From: an uncultured Piscirickettsiaceae bacterium
Lineage (GTDB): Bacteria > Pseudomonadota > Gammaproteobacteria > GCF-002020875
Assembly: GCA_964344805.1 (NCBI GenBank)
Contig: CAYFOU010000001.1
Location: forward strand, 1 to 52,771
Direction of reading: 5' to 3'
Length of the DNA: 52,771 nt
In this document: one piece after another, positions 26,415-35,958 of the stretch
How the letters are laid out: every line of letters begins with the position of its first letter
How positions within the stretch are numbered: the first letter of the stretch is position 1
Notes under the pieces: generated by a model
What the model was told of the DNA's origin: nothing
Seen by the model: only the letters and a program-made list of their open reading frames with translations
Databases searched by the model: none
Program-made: the position numbers and the translations under genes

Positions 26415-27581
26415 ATGGCAGAGAACCAGGACGGTACCGAGAAGACGGAAGAGCCCACGGAGAAGCGACTCAGGGAGTCGCGTGAGAAGGGGCAGATCCC
26501 CCGTTCAAGAGACCTCAATACCTTTGTCATGCTGATCATGTCGGCGGTCTGTTTTCTGACGCTTGGGGCGGAGATGGTCAAACAGATCATGGCAGGGTTG
26601 GAACGTGGCCTGCAGCCTGGGCGTCTCTACTTCTATGATGAGAGTGCGATGATGGGGCTCTTTGTAGATCTCTTTATCGAAGGTTTCTGGCTGATGATCC
26701 CCTTTATTGCGGTGATGGTGATCTCGGCACTGGCTGCTCCGATCCTGATGGGGGGGTGGTCCTTCAGCACCAAGGCGATCGGCTTCAAGATCAGCAAATT
26801 GAATCCCATCAAGGGAATTGCCCGCATGTTTTCACTGAAGACGCTGGTTGAACTGCTGAAGACTTTGGCCAAATTTGTGTTGGTGATGTCGGTTGCTACC
26901 GGGTTGCTCTGGTCACAGATGGATCTCTTTCTTGGACTGGGGGAGGAGCCACTCAATCAGGCCATTATCCATGCGGGGAGCACCATTGCCTGGTTCTTCC
27001 TGATTCTCTCCTTCACCCTGTTTGTTGTGGTTGCTATTGATGTGCCGTTCCAGCTGTGGGACCACAACCGGCAGTTGAAGATGACCATGCAAGAGGTGAA
27101 AGATGAGATGAAAGAGACTCAGGGACGCCCTGAGGTGAAGCAGCAGATTCGCCGCAGACAGCAGGAGGTGGCGATGAACCGGATGATGCAGGATGTGCCG
27201 GAGGCTGATGTGGTGGTCACCAACCCGACCCACTTTGCGGTGGCGCTGAAATATGATCAGGATTCGATGGGGGCACCGAGGGTGGTGGCGAAGGGGGCTG
27301 ATCTGGTGGCGACCCAGATCCGTACACTGGCCCAATCCAGTGAGATCACCATGATCTCGGCGCCACCACTGGCGCGTGCGCTCTACTTCTCTGCCGAGGT
27401 GGGAGAGGAGATTCCGCAAGGGCTCTATATGGCGATTGCGCAGTTGCTGGCCCATGTCTACCAGCTGGATCAGAAAGTGGGGAATGCCGATCGAGTGCTG
27501 GATGATCTACCGATTCCAGATGAGTACCGACTGGATGCCGAGGGTAACCCGGAACTGCCTGCACCGGAGCCAATGGTTTAA
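26415..27581 (+). CDS. flhB: flagellar export switch protein FlhB
   Basis: N-terminus EKTEEPTEKRLRESREKGQIPRS. The NPTH autocleavage motif is present (VVVTNPTHFAVAL). 388 aa. Confidence 0.93.
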   Translation: MAENQDGTEKTEEPTEKRLRESREKGQIPRSRDLNTFVMLIMSAVCFLTLGAEMVKQIMAGLERGLQPGRLYFYDESAMMGLFVDLFIEGFWLMIPFIAVMVISALAAPILMGGWSFSTKAIGFKISKLNPIKGIARMFSLKTLVELLKTLAKFVLVMSVATGLLWSQMDLFLGLGEEPLNQAIIHAGSTIAWFFLILSFTLFVVVAIDVPFQLWDHNRQLKMTMQEVKDEMKETQGRPEVKQQIRRRQQEVAMNRMMQDVPEADVVVTNPTHFAVALKYDQDSMGAPRVVAKGADLVATQIRTLAQSSEITMISAPPLARALYFSAEVGEEIPQGLYMAIAQLLAHVYQLDQKVGNADRVLDDLPIPDEYRLDAEGNPELPAPEPMV

Positions 27582-27750
27582 AGGCACCTCTAAAAATGCC
27601 CTTTTCCAGCAATTACTTTGTCAGCTCCGTACTCGAATCCTCATGTACTCGCATGTACACTGCGGTAGGCGTAAACGCCCGCAAGACGAGGCTCCGTGCG
27701 GTGCTTCCTCGTACTTGCAGCAAAATGTCTATTTTTAGAGATACCTTTAA
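27578..27750. repeat. 173-bp element bounded by imperfect 21-bp inverted repeats in the flhB-flhA spacer
   Basis: TTAAAGGCACCTCTAAAAATG (27578-27598) against the reverse complement of TATTTTTAGAGATACCTTTAA (27730-27750), 18/21 identical. The core holds several local hairpins, e.g. TGCGG-ta-GGCG-taaa-CGCC-CGCA and ACGAGG...CCTCGT. Confidence 0.6.
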
Positions 27751-27810
27751 TAAAAACGGTGCACAGCAGAATATAGTGAAAGCAGCTATTGAACTCAGTA
27801 AAATAAGTAT

Positions 27811-29898
27811 ATGAATTTTGAGTTAGTTAACAAGATAATGAAGCAGGGGTTGGGTGCCCCCATATTGCTGGTAATGATCATGTCGATGTTGATCATTCCG
27901 CTCGCCCCGTGGGCGCTGGATATCTTCTTTACCTTCAATATTGCACTGGCGCTGATTATTCTGATGACCGCCGTCTATGCGATGCGGCCGCTCGATTTCT
28001 CGGTCTTTCCCACCATTATTTTGGTCTCCACCCTGTTGCGACTGGCGCTCAATGTTGCCTCTACCCGTGTCATTCTGATGGAGGGGCATGCAGGTGGGGC
28101 AGCAGCAGGACATGTGATCGAGGCCTTTGGCAGCTTCGTGATTGGTGGCAACTTCGCGGTTGGTCTGGTGGTCTTCATGATTCTGGTGATCATCAACTTT
28201 GTGGTGATTACCAAGGGTGCCGGGCGTGTCTCCGAGGTGAGTGCCCGCTTCACTCTGGATGCGATGCCGGGCAAGCAGATGGCGATTGATGCAGATCTCA
28301 ATGCGGGCATTATTGATCAGGACCAGGCGCGTCAGCGGCGTGAAGATGTGGCGGCCGAGGCGGATTTCTACGGCTCGATGGATGGTGCCAGCAAGTTTGT
28401 ACGTGGTGATGCCGTTGCCGGTATTCTGATCCTCTTTATCAATATCATTGGTGGTTTTGTCATCGGCATGGCGCAGCATGATCTGACGGCGGCGCAGGCG
28501 GCAGAGAACTACATCATCCTGACGGTAGGGGATGGTCTGGTGGCACAGATTCCGGCACTGGTACTTTCCACTGCGACTGCGATTGTGGTGACCCGTGTAT
28601 CTGATTCGATTGATCTCGGTGGTCAGGTCTTTGGGCAGATGTTTGCCAAGCCCCAGACCCTCTTCGTCTCCGGCGGGATTATCGGAATGTTAGGTGTCAT
28701 TCCGGGAATGCCCAACCTCGCCTTTCTGACACTGGCATCGATTCTGGGGGGAGCGGGCTGGATGGTCTCCAGAAAAGCGGTTGAAGAGGAGCAGGCGGCC
28801 GCCACTGCGGCAGCGATGGAGCAGGCGGAAGAGGAGGAGGTGCCTCGTGAGCGTGATGTGGGTTGGGATGATGTGGAGACCGTGGATCCATTGACGCTGG
28901 AGGTGGGCTATCGCCTGATTCCGCTGGTGGATACCAATCAGGGGGGAGAGTTGATTGAGCGCATCAAGGGGGTGCGCAGAAAACTCTCCAAGGAGCTGGG
29001 TTTTCTGGTCCATCCGGTGCATATCAAGGATAACCTCGATCTCTCCCCCAATACCTATCGGGCGCTGTTGATGGGGGTGCCTGTCGGTGAGGGAGATCTG
29101 CAGCCGGAACACTATCTGGCGATCAACCCGGGGCAGGTGTTTGGTGAGTTGGAGGGGACCCCGACGGTTGATCCCACCTTTGGCATGGAGGCGGTCTGGA
29201 TTGACAGTGACCATCAGGAACATGCGCAATCGATGGGGTATACCGTAGTGGATGCCAGCACCGTGGTGGCAACCCACCTCAGCGACATTGTGCGTACCCA
29301 TGCCAGTGAGCTGATTGGTGTGGATGAGGTGCAGGAGCTGCTGGATCGTCTGGCTGATAAGGCGCCGAAACTGGTGGAGGATCTGGTACCGAAGACGGTC
29401 GAGTGGGTGGTGGTGCTCAAGGTGTTGCAGAATCTGCTGGAAGAGGGGGTCACCATCCGCGATATGCGCACCATTGCGGAGACTCTGGCGGAGTATGCCC
29501 CCAAGGGTCAAGATCCTGACGCCTTGACCATGGCGGTAAGAAACTCCTTGGGGCGCTCCATCGTCCAGGAGCTGGCTGGAATCGACGGAGAACTGCCGGT
29601 GATCACTCTGGATCCCGGGTTGGAACAGATGTTGCATCAGTCCGTTCAAGGTGACGGAGCAGGGGGTTCCGCACTAGAACCTGGATTGGCAGAGAAGATG
29701 AATCAATCACTTATGGAAGCAGTACAGCAGCAAGAGGCGGAAGGGCAGCCAGCGGTGTTGTTGGTAGCGCCAGCAATCCGTCGCTTGCTTGCGCGGATGT
29801 TTCGTCACGCCCTGCCCGATCTGGTGGTGCTCTCCTATACCGAGGTGCCCGATGATCGCTCCATTCGCATGGTCGCGAATGTGGGAGGACAGGGGTAG
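27811..29898 (+). CDS. flhA: flagellar export gate protein FlhA
   Basis: 695 aa. Conserved TM region and the FHIPEP block (RFTLDAMPGKQMAIDADLNAG), then a cytoplasmic domain. Confidence 0.95.
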   Translation: MNFELVNKIMKQGLGAPILLVMIMSMLIIPLAPWALDIFFTFNIALALIILMTAVYAMRPLDFSVFPTIILVSTLLRLALNVASTRVILMEGHAGGAAAGHVIEAFGSFVIGGNFAVGLVVFMILVIINFVVITKGAGRVSEVSARFTLDAMPGKQMAIDADLNAGIIDQDQARQRREDVAAEADFYGSMDGASKFVRGDAVAGILILFINIIGGFVIGMAQHDLTAAQAAENYIILTVGDGLVAQIPALVLSTATAIVVTRVSDSIDLGGQVFGQMFAKPQTLFVSGGIIGMLGVIPGMPNLAFLTLASILGGAGWMVSRKAVEEEQAAATAAAMEQAEEEEVPRERDVGWDDVETVDPLTLEVGYRLIPLVDTNQGGELIERIKGVRRKLSKELGFLVHPVHIKDNLDLSPNTYRALLMGVPVGEGDLQPEHYLAINPGQVFGELEGTPTVDPTFGMEAVWIDSDHQEHAQSMGYTVVDASTVVATHLSDIVRTHASELIGVDEVQELLDRLADKAPKLVEDLVPKTVEWVVVLKVLQNLLEEGVTIRDMRTIAETLAEYAPKGQDPDALTMAVRNSLGRSIVQELAGIDGELPVITLDPGLEQMLHQSVQGDGAGGSALEPGLAEKMNQSLMEAVQQQEAEGQPAVLLVAPAIRRLLARMFRHALPDLVVLSYTEVPDDRSIRMVANVGGQG

Positions 29899-29946
29899 CC
29901 GCCTGTTTTTAATCAATTGATAATCGAATAACAGAGAAGTTTTCCG

Positions 29947-31173
29947 ATGAAGATGCGTCGTTTTTTTGCTCCCACCATGTCACAGGCACTGAAGCAGGTG
30001 CGTCGGGAGCAGGGCAGTTCTGCGGTGATTTTGTCTCAGCGCAAGGTAGAGGGCGGTGTTGAGGTGGTGGCCGCCGTTGATCCCGATATGGTGGAGGAGG
30101 TGCCTGAGGTCCCGGCAGTCGTAGCAGAACCACAGATTGCAGCGACTCCTGCGATGCACCACTCCAGCTTCAAGCATCGTCCAGCGGCTGAACAACGCCC
30201 CCATCTGGTAGAGGCCACTGCGGCACCGATGGCCCCCAACGGCTCTCAGGAGATGCAGGATATGCGTCGTGAGATGCAGGAGATGCGTGCATTGATGGAG
30301 CAGCATCTCTCTCTGGTGAAGACCGTCTCTCCGGTAGAGGGAGATCCGCAGCAGGCGTGGCTGAGTGAGCGTCTGGATGAGTTGGGGATCAGTGAAGATA
30401 TCTGTCAGCAGATCTGGCAGGCGGTTCAGGGCAGTGCTCCCAATACCCATTGGCAACAGGCGCTGAACTGGCTGGAACAGCAACTGCCGATGGGAGAGGA
30501 CAAGATTTTGCAACAGGGCGGTGTCATCGCTCTGGTGGGGCCAACCGGTGTTGGCAAGACCACAACTGCCGCCAAGCTGGCGGCTCGCTATGCACTGCGT
30601 AATGGTACCGAGCGCGTTGCGCTGGTTACTACTGACGCCTTCCGTATTGGTGCTCAGGAGCAGTTGCGTGCCTTCGGTTCACTGATTGGGGTGCCGGTCT
30701 ATGCGGTTTCCGAGATCAGTGAGCTGCATGAGACCCTGCATGCACTGAGTGATCGGGATCTGGTGATCATCGATACCGCCGGGCTGAGCCAGCGGGATAT
30801 GCAGTTGCTCGAGCAGTTGGCGGTGCTGCGTACTGGTGAGATCAAGATCGACCCCTATCTGGTGGTCTCTGCCACTACACAGGAGCGGGCGCTGAATGAG
30901 ACCGTTGAGGTCTTCAACCGTATTGAGCTGGAAGGTGTGATCCTCTCCAAGCTGGATGAGGGGGGTGAGCTGGGGGGCGCCCTGAGTGTGATGCTGCGTC
31001 ACGGTCTGCCACTGCTCTATCTCGGGGACGGGCAGCGTGTACCGGAGGATCTGCAGGTGGCAAGAGGACGTGATCTGGTGGATCAACTGGTCTCCCAGAA
31101 GGGAAATAACCGGGGGCCGTTGACGCTGGTGCAGGGTGGTTTGAACGCACCGATGGCGAAGGTGGCAGGATAG
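29947..31173 (+). CDS. flhF: flagellar placement SRP-type GTPase FlhF
   Basis: C-terminal NG domain with GPTGVGKTTT, DTAG and SKLDE. Variable N-terminal half. Confidence 0.9.
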   Translation: MKMRRFFAPTMSQALKQVRREQGSSAVILSQRKVEGGVEVVAAVDPDMVEEVPEVPAVVAEPQIAATPAMHHSSFKHRPAAEQRPHLVEATAAPMAPNGSQEMQDMRREMQEMRALMEQHLSLVKTVSPVEGDPQQAWLSERLDELGISEDICQQIWQAVQGSAPNTHWQQALNWLEQQLPMGEDKILQQGGVIALVGPTGVGKTTTAAKLAARYALRNGTERVALVTTDAFRIGAQEQLRAFGSLIGVPVYAVSEISELHETLHALSDRDLVIIDTAGLSQRDMQLLEQLAVLRTGEIKIDPYLVVSATTQERALNETVEVFNRIELEGVILSKLDEGGELGGALSVMLRHGLPLLYLGDGQRVPEDLQVARGRDLVDQLVSQKGNNRGPLTLVQGGLNAPMAKVAG

Positions 31174-31174
31174 G

Positions 31175-32032
31175 ATGATGGTAGACCAGGCAGAGGGAAT
31201 CAGAAAAATGGGTAGACAGCAGAAGCCGGTCAAGGTGGTTGCGGTAACCAGTGGCAAGGGTGGTGTAGGTAAGACCAACGTTTCGGTCAACCTTGCAGTC
31301 TCCCTCTCACGTAAAGGGCACAATGTGGTGTTGATGGATGCCGACCTTGGGCTGGCCAATGTCGATGTGATGTTGGGGCTCCACTCCAAATACAATATCT
31401 CCCATGTGCTGAACGGGGAGAAGGCACTGGATGAGATTCTGCTGACCGGACCTGCGGGGATGCGGGTGATTCCGGCAACCTCCGGTGTCAAAAGAATGGC
31501 AGAGCTGACGCCGGTGGAGAATGCGGGGCTGATTCGTGCCTTTGGCGAGCTTCAGTATCCGGTCGATATTATGCTGGTCGATGTGGCGGCTGGCATCTCG
31601 GACAGTGTGGTCAGCTTTGGACGTGCCGCCCATGAGGTGGTGGTTGTGGTCTGTGATGAGCCCTCTTCGATTACAGATGCCTATGCACTGATCAAGGTGC
31701 TGAGTCGTGAATATGGTGTGGAACGCTTCCATATCCTCTCCAACATGGTAGAGAGTGAGGCCCATGGACGTATCCTGTTCAAGAAACTGTCACTGGTTGC
31801 TGAACGTTTTCTGGATGTTACACTCGATTATTTGGGGACGGTACCCTTTGACAGGGCGTTGCGCCGGGCGGTCCAGAAGCAGAATGCAGTCTGTGAGCTG
31901 GACCCATCCAGCCCCTCTGCTCAAGCCTTCCGCAGGATTGCGGCAGGGGTAGAGCGTTGGCCGCAACCGAGTCGTGCAGGTGGGTATCTCGAATTCTTTG
32001 TTGAACGACTTTTGCAGAGTGAAGTGGGGTAA
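31175..32032 (+). CDS. flhG: flagellar number regulator FlhG/FleN (MinD-like ATPase)
   Basis: N-terminal DQAEGIRKM (the FlhF-activating DQAxxLR-type motif) and deviant Walker A SGKGGVGKT. Confidence 0.9.
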   Translation: MMVDQAEGIRKMGRQQKPVKVVAVTSGKGGVGKTNVSVNLAVSLSRKGHNVVLMDADLGLANVDVMLGLHSKYNISHVLNGEKALDEILLTGPAGMRVIPATSGVKRMAELTPVENAGLIRAFGELQYPVDIMLVDVAAGISDSVVSFGRAAHEVVVVVCDEPSSITDAYALIKVLSREYGVERFHILSNMVESEAHGRILFKKLSLVAERFLDVTLDYLGTVPFDRALRRAVQKQNAVCELDPSSPSAQAFRRIAAGVERWPQPSRAGGYLEFFVERLLQSEVG

Positions 32033-32755
32033 TTGATTGTGAAGGGGCACGCGGCATACGCAACGGTACAGAAGGGGGGGATCGAGCAGCAGCTTGAGGA
32101 GCATCTGCCGCTGGTAAAACGGCTGGCCCACCACCTTTCTGCACGCCTTCCCTCATCGGTGCAGATTGATGATCTGTTTCAGGCGGGAATGATTGGTCTG
32201 CTGGAAGCACTGAATAAATATGATGCCTCTCAGGGGGCGCAGTTTACCACCTACGCCTCGATCCGTATTCGGGGTGCGATGCTGGATGAGTTGAGGCGTG
32301 GAGACTGGGCACCCCGTTCGGTCCATCGCAAGACCCGTGAGGCGATGGAGGTGATCAATCGTCTGGAGCAGGAGGGACGGGGTACCAGTGATCAGGAGGT
32401 TGCAGAAGAGATGGGGATTTCGGTTGAGGAGTACAGCAAGATCATTCAGGACTCCAATATGGCCTGCTTCTACTCCATTGACCTGCTGGATGAAGAGACC
32501 CCTGGAGGCAGTAATATTGAGGATGAGCGTTTCGGGCCACTGGAGATGCTCTCCGATGTTGGATTTCGTGATTCGCTGGCGAAGGAGATTGGTAATTTGC
32601 CAGAGCGCGAGAAGATGATGATGGCACTCTATTATCAGGAGGATCTCAATCTGCGTGAGATTGGAGAGGTGATGGGAGTGAGTGAATCAAGAGTTTCACA
32701 GATACATGGGCAGGCGATGATGCGCCTGCGCGCACGAATGAAGGATTGGGTTTAA
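32033..32755 (+). CDS. fliA: flagellar sigma factor FliA (sigma28)
   Basis: Sigma70 regions 2, 3 and 4 (DLFQAGMIGLLEA, LNLREIGEVMGVSESRVSQIH). Sits after flhG. TTG 32033 or GTG 32039 start. Confidence 0.9.
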   Translation: MIVKGHAAYATVQKGGIEQQLEEHLPLVKRLAHHLSARLPSSVQIDDLFQAGMIGLLEALNKYDASQGAQFTTYASIRIRGAMLDELRRGDWAPRSVHRKTREAMEVINRLEQEGRGTSDQEVAEEMGISVEEYSKIIQDSNMACFYSIDLLDEETPGGSNIEDERFGPLEMLSDVGFRDSLAKEIGNLPEREKMMMALYYQEDLNLREIGEVMGVSESRVSQIHGQAMMRLRARMKDWV

Positions 32756-32767
32756 AGGTATAGGGTT

Positions 32768-33160
32768 ATGGATAAGAATATGAGAATTCTGGTCGTTGAT
32801 GACTTTGCGACCATGCGCCGAATTATCAAGAATCTGCTAGGCGAACTGGGGTACAACAATCTGGATGAGGCCGATGATGGCAAGACCGCATGGCCGATCA
32901 TGCAGACCGGTGAAGTCGACTTTCTGGTGACCGACTGGAATATGCCGGGGATGACCGGGTTGGAGCTGGTCAAGGCGGTACGTTCCGATCCGAATCTGAA
33001 AAGTACGCCGATTCTGATGGTAACGGCGGAGGCGAAGAAGTCGCAGATCGTCGAGGCGGCTCAGGCCGGGATCAACGGTTATGTGGTCAAACCATTCACT
33101 GCGGGGACGTTGAACGAGAAGATTGATAGAATCTTTGCTCGTATAGAACAAAATGGATAA
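32768..33160 (+). CDS. cheY: chemotaxis response regulator CheY (cluster II)
   Basis: ILVVDDFATMRRI, TDWNMPGMTG, TAEA, KPFT; close to the canonical CheY pattern. Confidence 0.93.
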   Translation: MDKNMRILVVDDFATMRRIIKNLLGELGYNNLDEADDGKTAWPIMQTGEVDFLVTDWNMPGMTGLELVKAVRSDPNLKSTPILMVTAEAKKSQIVEAAQAGINGYVVKPFTAGTLNEKIDRIFARIEQNG

Positions 33161-33176
33161 CCCGCAGGAGTAAAGT

Positions 33177-33896
33177 ATGGATCAACCACAACCACTGATT
33201 TCTCTCGAACAGGCTCGCCAACTGGTGGCTGAGCTGGAGCAGGGGGATGTCTCTTCCGCCAATAAGAAGCTGAAGAGAGTCATGTGCGATCAGGATAACC
33301 GCATCTACCAGCAGGTGGGGAAGTTGACCCGAGAGCTGCATGATACGGTTGCCCAGTTCCGTGAGGATTTGGGAAGTACGGGGGTAACCGGCAAGGAGAT
33401 TACCGATATCCGTGCCCGTCTGCACCATGTGGTGGAGTTGATGGAGGGCTCGGCCAATGAGAGTCTGGCTGCGGTGGAGCACAGCACCCCGCTGGCTAAG
33501 GAAATTGTGGACGGCGCCGATAAGATTGCTGATGGGTGGGACCGTTTTCGCAACCGTGAGATGGATGTGGAACAGTTTCGTGAGTTAAGTGATGAGATTG
33601 CAGAGTTCATGTCGGTCGCTTCGGTCAACTCGGAGAAGATTCACGAGCGCCTCAATGAGGTGATGATGGCGCAGAGTTTTCAGGATCTGAGTGGGCAGAT
33701 TATCCACCGTGTGGTGGATGTGATGGGCAAGGTGGAGGACAGTCTGGTTGATCTGGTGCGCCTCTCTTCGATAGAGGATGGTGATGAAGAGCGACGTGAA
33801 GCGCATGGTCCGGCAGTACCCGGATTGCGAGAGGCTTCCGAGGTGGTGACCAGCCAGGATGAGGTTGATGATCTGCTCTCCAGTCTCGGTTTTTAG
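33177..33896 (+). CDS. cheZ: CheY-P phosphatase CheZ
   Basis: Active-site block AQSFQDLSGQIIHRV and the C-terminal CheY-binding peptide DEVDDLLSSLGF. Confidence 0.9.
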   Translation: MDQPQPLISLEQARQLVAELEQGDVSSANKKLKRVMCDQDNRIYQQVGKLTRELHDTVAQFREDLGSTGVTGKEITDIRARLHHVVELMEGSANESLAAVEHSTPLAKEIVDGADKIADGWDRFRNREMDVEQFRELSDEIAEFMSVASVNSEKIHERLNEVMMAQSFQDLSGQIIHRVVDVMGKVEDSLVDLVRLSSIEDGDEERREAHGPAVPGLREASEVVTSQDEVDDLLSSLGF

Positions 33897-33915
33897 ATAA
33901 GTTGGGAATATAGTT

Positions 33916-35958
33916 ATGGCATTCGATCCAAGCAGCGATATCTTTCAGGACTTCCTTCAGGAGGCAGGGGAGCTGTTGGAGTCACTCAATGAACAGCTGG
34001 TGGAGCTGGAGAGCAGTCCAGATGATCCAGAGGTGTTGAATGCCGTTTTCCGTGGATTCCATACCATCAAGGGTGGAGCCGGATTCCTTGAAATTACCCC
34101 GATTGTTGAACTCTGTCACCGTTCCGAGGATCTGTTTGGTGTGATCCGTGATGGTCAACTGGCGTTGACCGAGGCGGTGATGGACCCGGTGTTGGCGGCC
34201 GTGGATGAACTCAATGAGATGTTCGAATCACTGCATGCGGGAGAGATGCCGCACGATGCGCCAGCCGATATCCTGCAGCAGCTGGAGGCGATCTTGAAAG
34301 GAGGGGGGGCAGAAGAAGTGGCGGAGCCGCCTGCTGCTCCGGTAGTTGAAACACCTCAGCCTGCTGCTGCGCCTGTCGCTGGTGGGTTTGATGTCGCTGC
34401 TGCTGCGCAAAGTGATGACGACATCACCGATGATGAGTTTGAGGCGCTGCTGGATCAGCTGGATGATGAGCAGCCGGTTGCAGATACTGAACTGCAGCCA
34501 GAGCCTACCGTGGCGGTGGCTGGCGAGTTGCTGCTTCCCGGGAATCCAGATGATGATATTACTGAAGATGAGTTTGAGCACCTGCTGGATGTATTGGCAG
34601 ATCAGGAGAGTCCTGCACCGGCTGCAGTGGCGCCTGCGCCTGCCGCAGCACCAGTAGCTGAACCGGTTGCCAGAGCGGAGGAGCCCGTAGCTCCAAAGGC
34701 TGCCAGCAAGTCAAAGCCAAAGGCAAAGAAAGAGGCTGGTGGCAAGGGTGGACAGGGGCAGAAATCTGAATCCAGTGTGCGTGTGGATACCCGCCGTCTG
34801 GATGATGTAATGAATATGGTGGGTGAGCTGGTACTGATTCGTAACCGCTTTGAGAATCTGAAGCAGATTATCTCCTCAGAGGTGGTGGACCGTGCGATCT
34901 CCGATCTCAATCTGCTGACCACTGATATTCAGGAGGTGGTGATGCGCCTGCGTATGCAGCCGGTGCGCAAGGTATTCAGTCGCTTCCCCCGTGTGGTACG
35001 TGATCTGGCCCGCAAGCTGGATCGCAAGGTGAAGCTGGTATTGGTTGGTGAGGATACCGAGGTTGACAAGAATCTGGTGGAGGAGCTGGCTGATCCGCTG
35101 ATCCATCTGATTCGTAATGCGGTGGACCATGGGGTGGAGACCCCCGAGGTGCGCAAGACCTCCGGCAAGCCGGCAGAGGGGACCATTGTGCTCTCTGCGG
35201 AGCAGGAGGGAGACCATATCCTGTTGACGATTCAGGATGATGGTGCAGGGATGAATCCCGATATTCTGCGTCGTCTGGCGGTGGAGCGCGGGATGATGGA
35301 TCAGGAGACCGCAGACCAGTTGCCTAATCGTGCACTCTACAATCTGATTTTTGAACCAGGCTTCTCCACCAAGAAAGAGATTTCCGATGTCTCCGGACGT
35401 GGTGTGGGGATGGATGTGGTCAAGACCCATATCAGTCAGCTCAATGGGCAGATCGAGATCGACTCCGAGATTGGCAAGGGGACAACCATCTCCATCCAGG
35501 TGCCACTGACGCTGGCGATTCTGCCTACTCTGATGGTCTATATCGGGCGTCAGAACTATGCCATTCCTCTACCGGGCATTATTGAGCTGTTTGAGTGGCA
35601 CTCGGTTGAGGTGGGTCAGGTGGGTGGGCGTGAAGTGGTTCGCTTGCGTGACAAGACTTATCCGCTAATCTATGCTTCAGAGCTGTTAGGTGGTGGAAGA
35701 ACTCAATCTCTGGATCAACGTGTATTGGTGATTGAATTGGCAGGACATGCATTGGCACTGGTGGTCGATCAGGTGATCGGACAGGAAGAGGTGGTGATCA
35801 AACCATTGGGGACCTTGCTGCGTGGTATGCCAGGCTATTCAGGGGCGACCATTACCGGTGATGGTCGGGTGGCGATGATTCTCGATATTGCCGGTATGGT
35901 GAGCAAGAACATCGGTACCGACTATACAGCCTTTATTGAGGAGGGACTGGCGGCATGA
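33916..35958 (+). CDS. cheA: chemotaxis histidine kinase CheA (cluster II)
   Basis: Hpt block FRGFHTIKGGAGFL, an acidic/Ala-Pro linker with two DDDITxDEFExLLD motifs, a P3/P4 region (HLIRNAVDHG, DDGAGM, GRGVGMDVV) and P5. Confidence 0.92.
   Translation: MAFDPSSDIFQDFLQEAGELLESLNEQLVELESSPDDPEVLNAVFRGFHTIKGGAGFLEITPIVELCHRSEDLFGVIRDGQLALTEAVMDPVLAAVDELNEMFESLHAGEMPHDAPADILQQLEAILKGGGAEEVAEPPAAPVVETPQPAAAPVAGGFDVAAAAQSDDDITDDEFEALLDQLDDEQPVADTELQPEPTVAVAGELLLPGNPDDDITEDEFEHLLDVLADQESPAPAAVAPAPAAAPVAEPVARAEEPVAPKAASKSKPKAKKEAGGKGGQGQKSESSVRVDTRRLDDVMNMVGELVLIRNRFENLKQIISSEVVDRAISDLNLLTTDIQEVVMRLRMQPVRKVFSRFPRVVRDLARKLDRKVKLVLVGEDTEVDKNLVEELADPLIHLIRNAVDHGVETPEVRKTSGKPAEGTIVLSAEQEGDHILLTIQDDGAGMNPDILRRLAVERGMMDQETADQLPNRALYNLIFEPGFSTKKEISDVSGRGVGMDVVKTHISQLNGQIEIDSEIGKGTTISIQVPLTLAILPTLMVYIGRQNYAIPLPGIIELFEWHSVEVGQVGGREVVRLRDKTYPLIYASELLGGGRTQSLDQRVLVIELAGHALALVVDQVIGQEEVVIKPLGTLLRGMPGYSGATITGDGRVAMILDIAGMVSKNIGTDYTAFIEEGLAA

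Noticed and set aside
27376-27814. ORFs 27376-27738 (+) and 27596-27814 (+), which span the flhB-flhA spacer.
   Set aside because: The first overlaps the flhB 3' end out of frame. Neither has an RBS or a plausible protein sequence. The region is better explained by the inverted-repeat element.
29912-29921. 10-bp palindrome ATCAATTGAT in the flhA-flhF spacer, considered as a possible operator.
   Set aside because: It is short and AT-rich, with no second copy or known matching motif. Chance occurrence is likely.
32680-32767. Search for a sigma28 promoter for cheY-cheZ-cheA inside the 3' end of fliA (TCAAG ... GGCGATGA).
   Set aside because: Spacing between the putative -35 and -10 elements is more than 20 nt and the -10 match is poor. 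The 12-nt fliA-cheY gap suggests co-transcription.
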